Below are positions 56,061 through 64,000 of a stretch of DNA of 64,000 nucleotides, one piece after another. A program made the translations under genes and the position numbers. The notes below the pieces were generated by a model. It made no database searches. It had not been told where the DNA came from and saw nothing but the letters and a program-made list of their open reading frames with translations. Every line of letters begins with the position of its first letter. Position 1 is the first letter of the stretch. The DNA lies in contig NC_043005.1 of the NCBI RefSeq assembly GCF_006345805.1, positions 52,266,001 to 52,330,000 of the forward strand, written 5' to 3'. The DNA is from Octopus sinensis (taxonomy: Eukaryota).

Positions 56061-56203
56061 TAGCTGTAAAATCTCAAGAAGAGATCAGAGGATTTGTCTG
56101 GGGTTAACCAAGTAGTAGTACAGAATAGCCACTTTGATGTGGCGACTGATTTTACTTGTTAGTATAGTTACTACTCTGATCTCTTCTTGACATTTTACAA
56201 CTA
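56061..56203. mobile_element. 143 bp MITE-like hairpin with 30 bp TIRs
   Basis: TAGCTGTAAAATCTCAAGAAGAGATCAGAG (56061-56090) versus CTCTGATCTCTTCTTGACATTTTACAACTA (56174-56203). Confidence 0.75.
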
Positions 56204-56303
56204 GTTATTTTGCTTGTTGCAAATCAGTGACCGATGGTCGCTTTGATTACAATATATTGTTGGCTGGATTGAACTCTGGCTATCGCTTTGTCGGACAGGT
56301 ACT

Positions 56304-56350
56304 CGCGACTGAAGCTAGGCCAAATAGCCCGAAACTGAGTCAGTCTCGTG
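56304..56350 (+). ncRNA. Hammerhead motif with a variant core (A9 to C)
   Basis: CGCGA-CTGAAGC-T AGGC caaata GCC C-GAAA-CTGA G TCAG-TC-TCGTG: stem I CGCGA/TCGTG, palindromic stem III ACTGA/TCAGT, GUC triplet. Confidence 0.55.
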
Positions 56351-56683
56351 ATCGTGTTACCTGCTAGAGGGCGTTAGGTGATCACTTCCACTGCTAAAAA
56401 AATATATTGCATATAAAAGGTGCAGCGTCGCACCTATAATCAGCCGGCGGAGGATTTGCCTGGAATTAAACTAGTAGTAACATGGAACAGCCACTATGAT
56501 GCGGCGATCTACGATACATATATAATATAACCTCATATATACATATGTGTATAAATGAATATGTATATAGAAAGTATGTATTTCTACGTTATATGAATAT
56601 ATATATATATATATATATATACATACATACATATATATATATATTATATACTTTATTTTAAGCAGCAGAAAATTCAACAAAAT

Positions 56684-56721
56684 CTGTTACTCTGAGTTTC
56701 TCGTTGCCGTTCATCAGACAG
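56684..56721 (-). ncRNA. Minimal type I hammerhead motif (left arm)
   Basis: Exact reverse complement of 59353-59390. Confidence 0.7.
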
Positions 56722-57800
56722 TTTTTGCTAGAATGGAACATATATATTAATTCAATCTATACTCTTACAAACGCTACACCTTTAAAAAGAAATGGACTTG
56801 TTTGATTGGCCTTTAGAAAAAACGGTCAATCTTCGAGCGATAAACAAAAAGGTCAAAAATATGTATATATATATAAAAAAACTTATAAAAATTATAAAAT
56901 CCGAGGAAAAACCGAGGAAAAAAACTATTGCCGTTAATGAAGACAGTACAAATTAATGCAGAGAAATTAAATCGGTTATAAATACTGCAATACATATTTA
57001 TATTAAAATCCATATATATATCAACATACACAAAAGGATGCGCGTAAACGCCATACATACATATACAGACGTATGAATATGAATCTAAATTATACACATA
57101 AAGCATGTGTACATATATTCACGCAAACCGTCTCGCACCCAAGCTAAAATTCATCTATGTAGCAATTCTCATATACTGAGCAAGGAGGGGGAACGAAAGA
57201 AAGGGAAAGAGAGAAAAAGGAACGAAGGAGGGGTGGGGAAAAAACTTGTAGCGATATTATTGGCATCTATAGAGGCCAGTATACATACACAAGTTTGAAT
57301 TGATACATATACATACCGTCGTGTGTATGCGTGCTTAAGCACAAGCATACTTTCACTTACACATACACAGATACGCATGCTTACAAATACATATGCTTTG
57401 CTATACACAAACTTATATAAACATTCTAAATTTGACAACATTGCTTTTTTTTAAAAAAACATTGCTTTTAAAGATGGGTGCATTAATAAAAATATATACG
57501 AAAGAATATAAAATAAAATATAACATCCTATTTTGGGTCATTTATAAATAATCAAGGTAATATAAATAATCAAGGTAATCTTATGCAATACAATAACATG
57601 AAAACAAAGTTTGTAGGTTTTTCCTATATATATGTAGAAACAATAAGACTTTGCTTTAGGTCCGTCGTAGCGCTCAAGAGTCAAATCAAAATCAAAAAAT
57701 CAAAATACAAAATATATACTCTATCCATATGGTATATTTATATTCGACATTTTAAATTTAGCCGCGTGCCTACATAAGTTCATTAACTCACTTCTTTGAT

Positions 57801-58198
57801 TCAAAGAATATTGTCTTTGAATAATATGTGCATTTTCTCTAATAAGCAAAGCCTGCACTTGAAATTATATTTGTAAGCTCCATGCCTGTATGGTGCCGCC
57901 CTGTCCAGAATGCTCCATGTCACGTTGAAAGGTGGGGCTTCCTTTTCTTTTAGTTCCCAGACATATTTTGCTAGGCTGGTTTTCTTCCTATTCTCTGGGT
58001 ATTTAAAAGAATTCTTATGAGAATAAAATCTTGTTTTAAATGAATTTTCTGAAGCCCCTGTGTATGTCTTGTATTCCGATGAGCCTTCCACTTGCACCTT
58101 GGCTCTATAAACTACTCCTTTCACTAGACATTTCCCTTCTAACGGACAGGAGCTTTCGTTTTTGAAATTACATTTCTTAATGGGCTCGGCACCATGTC
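57801..58198 (-). pseudogene. PLE GIY-YIG endonuclease C-terminal domain with Cys-rich linker
   Basis: KKCNFKNESSCPLEGKCLVKGVVYRAKV...YKTYTGASENSFKTRFYSHKNSF...SLAKYVWELK...CRLCLLEKMHIL. Confidence 0.88.
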
Positions 58199-59352
58199 TA
58201 ATCTCAAGTGCAGGCTTTGCTTATTAGAGAAAATGCACATATTATTCAAAGACAATAATTCTTTGAATCAAAGAAGTGAGTTAATGAACTTATGTAGGCA
58301 CGCGGCTAAATTTAAAATGTCGAATATAAATATACCATATGGATAGAGTATATATTGTATTTTGATCTTTTGATTTTGATTTTGACTCTTGAGCGCTACG
58401 ACGGACCTAAAGCAAAGTCTTATTGTTTCTACATATATATTAGGAAAAACCTACAAACTTTGTTTTCATGTTATTGTATTGCATAAGATTACCTTGATTA
58501 TTTATATTACCTTGATTATTTATAAATGACCCAAAATAGGATGTTATATTTTATTTTATATGTCTTTCGTATATATTTTTATTAATGCACCCATCTTTTA
58601 AAAGCAATGTTTTTTTAAAAAAAAGCAATGTTGTCAAATTTAGAATGTTTATATAAGTTTGTGTATAGCAAAGCATATGTATTTGTAAGCATGCGTATCT
58701 GTGTATGTGTAAGTGAAAGTATGCTTGTGCTTAAGCACGCATACACACGACGGTATGTATATGTATCAATTCAAACTTGTGTATGTATACTGGCCTCTAT
58801 AGATGCCAATAATATCGCTACAAGTTTTTTCCCCACCCCTCCTTCGTTCCTTTTTCTCTCTTTCCCTTTCTTTCGTTCCCCCTCCTTGCTCAGTATATGA
58901 GAATTGCTACGTAGATGAATTTTAGCTTGCGTGCGAGACGGTTTGCGTGAATATATGTACACATGCTTTTATGTGTAAATTTAGATTCATATTCATACGT
59001 CTGTATATGTATGTATGGCGTTTACGCGCATCCTTTTGTGTATGTTGATATATATATGTGGATTTTAATATAAATATGTATTGCAGTATTTATAACAGGT
59101 TTAATTCTCTGCATTAATTTGTACTGTCTTCATTAACGGCAATAGGTTTTTTTCTCGGTTTTTTCCTCGGATTTTATAATTTTTATAAGTTTTTTTATAT
59201 ATATATACATATATTTTTGACCTTTTTGTTTATCGCTCGAAGATTGACCGTTTTTTCTAAAGGGCCAATCAAACAAGTCCATTTCTTTTTAAAGGTGTAG
59301 CGTTTGTAAGAGTATAGATTGAATTAATATATATGTTCCATTCTAGCAAAAA

Positions 59353-59390
59353 CTGTCTGATGAACGGCAACGAGAAACTCAGAGTAACAG
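59353..59390 (+). ncRNA. Minimal type I hammerhead motif (right arm)
   Basis: CTGT-CTGATGA-A CG GCAA CG A-GAAA-CTC A GAG-TA-ACAG: intact core, GNRA-capped short stem II, stem III ACTC/GAGT, GUA triplet at 59384-59386. Confidence 0.72.
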
Positions 59391-59492
59391 ATTTTGTTGA
59401 ATTTTCTGCTGCTTAAAATAAAGCATATTACTCTACCACTGGTATTTGAGTACTCTTTTTTCCACCTTGTTTCACATTTATGTGTTTACTCC

Positions 59493-59568
<76 letters not shown>

Positions 59569-59789
59569 AACACACACACACACATTCATATATGCATATA
59601 ATCATGCATAGACACACATGCAAACGAATACACATACATACATATATATTGTCCTTTAACAATAATAGTATAGATAGCATTTTCGAAGTTTCAGCCGACT
59701 AAACCATCATCGAACTGGTCGTATTTTCGAAGGCTCAGACAAATCTATTCTTCTTTGTAAGGAAGATTGTTTTCGAGAAGATACATTAC

Positions 59790-60896
59790 ATCCCTGCTGA
59801 TCCGAAGACAGGGTTGACCCACTCGGAGAAGAATTGCCTGGTGACTCAGGCTTTAACGTTTGCCCTCCACATTACTTGCGGCTTCTCCTTCAGGATTTTG
59901 TGCGACTTGAACGCTCGTGCGTTTTTGGACTGGAAGAAAAAAAGCGGCTTAATCTTCAAGTCTCCACTATCATTGACGCAAAGGGTGAGAGTTAGCCCAT
60001 CTTTCATATAGTTGTGTCCTGGAATTTTTATCTCCTCTGCAATTATGTAGGTTCTTCTGGGCATTTTTTTTTTTCATAAAAATGGTCAGTTTCACCAGTT
60101 TTATGTTGTGCGATGTACCTCTCTGCTGAGATGAGCTGACGGTATTCCGGTATTCACACAAGCGAAAGAGCTCGCTGCTTCTCCATACATGACTCTTTAT
60201 CAGCCACCTTCTTGAAATTATCAAACCAGCCGAGACTGGCCTTAAATGCGTCTGCTGATGTCTCCTCCGTGGATGTTCCAGGGATCTGCTTCAGGAAACA
60301 CGTGCTTTCTCACAGATGATGGTCTCCACAGGAGAATCAATTTTCCCATCCTTTCGTGGACCGATATGTGTTGCTTGGGTAGCCTGTAGACTCCCATTGC
60401 TAATTTAACGGCCTTGATCTCGTCCTTTTTCTACCGTTTGGTGCAGATCATCGACGTGTTTCGGTCGAATTAACGTGCTATGTCCAATACAGACACTCCT
60501 CTTTCATGTTTATCAAATATTTCCTCCTTCATTTCTATCGTAATCAACTTTTTCTTCTTCTCAGTATTGTTCTTTACACTAACCTTCTTAGGACCCATGG
60601 CTAACACAACTAATTATTATAAAATAATAGCAAAAGATGCACAAAACTAAACAAAAACACTGGCAAAAACGCGAGGGATGCTGCCACAACGAGATAAATT
60701 TGTGAACTGAGCAAGAGGAGACTGGGTTTGTCAGGACAAAGTGTGCGAGCCCAGCGCCGACTAGCGGTCGCTTGTATGAAATTCACTTGTACTGCGGATT
60801 TCTGCTCGTACTTCAAGACAAAAATTCGCACGAGCCTCGGCATGTGCAGCAAATTACTCGTGCATTGGTGCACTCCTACTGCGAGGTTCCATTGTA
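59790..60896 (-). mobile_element. Tigger/pogo-type transposon, 3'-truncated and decayed
   Basis: TIR TA-CAATGGAACCTCG at 60896; ATG at 60598, MGPKKVS...ITIEMKEEIFDKHERG (CENP-B-like HTH); MPRRTYI..EE...GH..MKD.LTL.LC.N.SGDLKIKPL...KNARAFK...VMWRANVKA (DDE_1-like). Confidence 0.9.
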
Positions 60897-61175
60897 TTTA
60901 AGTAAACGTTGGGCTTCTTTCACTTTCTGTCAAAGATATTCATCCACATTCCTTGGGTCACCCCGTGTCGATATTAAAGGACACTTACTCGAGACGCAAC
61001 AAAGTAGGACTGAATTATTGAATTCCTTACAAGCTGAAAGCGGCGAAAAAGGCTATCACGCGCACGCACGCACACATACACACACACGCACCCTCATACA
61101 CACACACACATTCATACACATACACGCACAAATATTCATACATATTAGCATATAGGATATAAATCTATACAAGTG

Positions 61176-61213
<38 letters not shown>

Positions 61214-61308
61214 AAGTGTATTTACGCTATACATATACATTAAATATGCATACTCTCTTATGTACACATGTTTATACGTAAACGTGTTAGAGACATATTC
61301 GTATGTAT

Positions 61309-61723
61309 ACTCTTTACTCTTTTACTCTTTTACTTGTTTCAGTCATGTAACTGCGGCCATGCTGGAGCACCGCCTTTTAATCGAGCAACTCGAACTCGGG
61401 ACTTATTCCTTTGTAAGCCCAGTACTTATTCTATCGGTCTCTTTTGCCGAACCGCTAAGTAACGGGGACATAAACACACCAGCATCGGTTGTCAAGCAAT
61501 GCTAGGGGGACAAACACAGACACACGCATATATATATATATATATATATACATATATACGACGGGCTTCTTTTCAGTTTCCGTCTACCAAATCCACTCAC
61601 AAGGCATTGGTCGGCCCGAGGCTATAGTAGAAGACACTTGCCCAAGGTGCCACGCAGTGGGACTGAACCCGGAACCATGTGGTTGGTAAACAAGCTACTT
61701 ACCACACAGCCACTCCTGCGCCT
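61309..61723 (-). mobile_element. SINE family A, full length
   Basis: Reverse complement of the family consensus from AGGCGCAGGAGTGG to the GTAAAAGA tail. Confidence 0.92.
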
Positions 61724-62422
61724 ATGTGCGATATTGTTTATGATTATAATTTTTTTTATTGATATCGTAGTTCACATGTACTTCATATGGTGTTTCTATA
61801 ACGAAATCATTAGAAATCGGTTTACTGAATGAGAAAATTCTCATATTTTGGCCATTTGACCAATCTTGTTCTCTGGCAGCTATTGTTTCTTTGATTCGTC
61901 TTAACTAGCGAAAAAAGTTTTTGTTGAAATCGTTAACTTTATTCAAAAGCTAGAAGTTAATTCATCACGTGAAATTCAGCCAGGAACAATATGGTTTGAG
62001 GCAAAGACAAGACAAGACAAGACACAACCAAAACAACAACAACAGCAGCAGCAACAAAGAACTAAAGTACCATTACTGCGACATTCGCATTCATCATCAC
62101 CATTATCACTAGCTAAACTACCGCCACCGCCGCCACCACCACCACCACCCATACCACCATCAGCGGCATCAGCAGCAGCCCTATAACTACCGCCTTCACT
62201 GTGAAGAACGTCAACGAAGAAGGTGACGATGTGGGAGGTAGCAACAAAAGGAACTGCACAATTATATTATTGTAAAACAATTGTGTTATCGGGCAGAATT
62301 GAAGAAATATAAGTAAGTCGTGAATAGCCAATTTAATTGCAAATTCTATGAATAATAAGGAAATATAAACATCTTGCGATGAACCGAGAGACGGCCGTCC
62401 ATCCTTACGGCATCAGCACTAT

Positions 62423-62453
<31 letters not shown>

Positions 62454-63084
62454 TATACACGTGGGTGGCGCCAGTGGCATTCTCAATACAAGAAAACAAC
62501 GTCATCCCATGCGATGAGGGGGGAAAACGATGAATTTAAACAACTACAACAAAGACCGCCTTTAACCTTGATTGAAGGAAGGAAATATTGCTTTGTATTC
62601 TAAACTAGATAATTTCTGATTTGAATTGTTAACAAACCAACTGTGATTGACAATATTTACTGGGCAGGGAAATATTTATGAGTACTTAAGGGCCAAACGT
62701 CTGGCATCATGTAAATTACAATATCTCTTTAGCATTGCGCCCCACCAACCTATCTTCTACAGTTTGATGGACATCACGCATATGAGTTACACAGAGCAAA
62801 ACTACGCCAAAAGCATACCATAGTTTCGATTTCATTCCTCTGTAATTCAACGTAAATTTGGCGGAACACGCAACAACATTACACCACCAATATTTGCTAT
62901 CGTCGTTGTTATTTAGCCTCAGTTCAAAACTAACCGTTCAGACCAACAATGGTAAATGACATTCCAACCGTGACCATCATCTCTTTTGAACTGTTTGCAG
63001 ATCTACATTAGGTGATGCGTTATTTCCTTATTGAAGAATTTTACACTATCAATAATTGTTGGTACTTGGCGCCAGATAATCTCC

Positions 63085-63240
63085 GTGTTTACCTGGGTGC
63101 ACGGCCTAGTGATTAGAGTGCTGTACTCGAAATAACTGTCTCACGACCGAGGTTTCGATTACAGGACCCAGCGGTGCATTGTGGTTTTGAGCACCGCTTT
63201 TCATTCCACGTTGCTCTGTGATCACTTCGACATCATACAC
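63085..63240 (+). mobile_element. Decayed SINE head related to 5838
   Basis: GGCCTAGTGATTAGAGTG ... GGTTTCGATTAC ... TTCATTCCACGTTGCTC. Confidence 0.55.
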
Positions 63241-64000
63241 GTATCACACCGACCGTGTACTTTTACGGGTGTTATGTCGCACGTTCGGGTGCCTTCTACT
63301 CAACTCGACTGCTACTCTACTCTGCTCTCTCGACTCTCTACTCTGACGTCTAGACTTCTCCTTCTATATCTACATATTGGGCTAGCCTACTTCATCGTCT
63401 GGGGGCGTCCACACAACATCAGGTAATGTCGATTTGATGGAAGCAGTGTTCAAATATTCTATCACGCTTTAATCAAGCTATTTGTGCAGGTTGTTCAGAA
63501 AGAAATTGCAGAATCATCTTTCTCGAACTCGAGTGTCCTCTAACAAACAAACTCGGAGTGAAAATTGATACAAAACAATTCCATTCCAGTGGTGATCATC
63601 CCGAAAGAATAATCTGTGCAGTGTGTCGTATCTTTATTGAAGAATTCTACAGAATTAAAAGTGGAATTTGTTTTTAGTCATGCATGAAACTGTTCAGATC
63701 AACATATAATCAACAGTATTCTAGCCACAAGCATCCTATCTTTTCAACGGTATGTAGGTCTACGTTATGCACTATGTTATTTCTTTGTGACAGTATGGTG
63801 TAATTTGAGGGAGATATGAGTGGTATGCCTCTCAGATTGGGCGACCACAAAGACGAACTACATCGGATCATCTAGGTCGTGTCTAAATAGAATATTCTTT
63901 AGGCCAGAAGATACAGATATTATGTTCTTTTGCTTTCTGTGGAAGGGACGCGTTCCACTGGTCTGGTATCCATTTGCGGTCAACGCCTGCTGAATGGACG

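Larger units (their letters stand above)
56651..59423 (-). mobile_element. 5'-truncated PLE with an inverted partial pLTR duplication
   Basis: Arms 56651-57867 and 58199-59423 are reverse complements around a ~330 bp spacer; the GIY-YIG coding region spans the spacer and left arm. Confidence 0.9.

Noticed and set aside
63181-63760. Third LRR exon or PLE coding remnant
   Set aside because: No LRR register and no convincing motif in any frame; partly SINE-derived.

Overview
AT-rich, microsatellite-dense eukaryotic (metazoan) DNA; the SINE families and repeat landscape suggest an octopus/coleoid cephalopod genome (inference, not verified). One host gene is supported: a + strand leucine-rich-repeat (LRR) protein gene with a coding exon at 27948-28187 that joins in phase 0 across a ~26.6 kb intron to an LRR exon at 54793-55299. 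The rest is mostly mobile DNA: at least four tRNA-derived SINE families (some modular or chimeric), two copies of a non-autonomous Helitron, three decayed mariner copies, a DD37D-like Tc1/mariner fragment, a Tigger/pogo copy, several MITEs, a LINE ORF1-like remnant and many Penelope-like element (PLE) fragments. The most striking signal is about ten type I hammerhead ribozyme motifs (intact to decayed) from several distinct sequence families. Three pairs sit in large inverted repeats (13.4-14.5 kb, a spacerless ~710 bp palindrome at 43.9-44.6 kb, and a 2.8 kb inverted structure at 56.7-59.4 kb), and some lie on the sense strand of the host pre-mRNA. A 34 bp minisatellite (31.2-31.95 kb) appears to derive from an internal segment of the commonest SINE. 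Almost all other ORFs in the track are microsatellite artefacts. All coordinates and folds were read by eye; no searches or folding programs were run.
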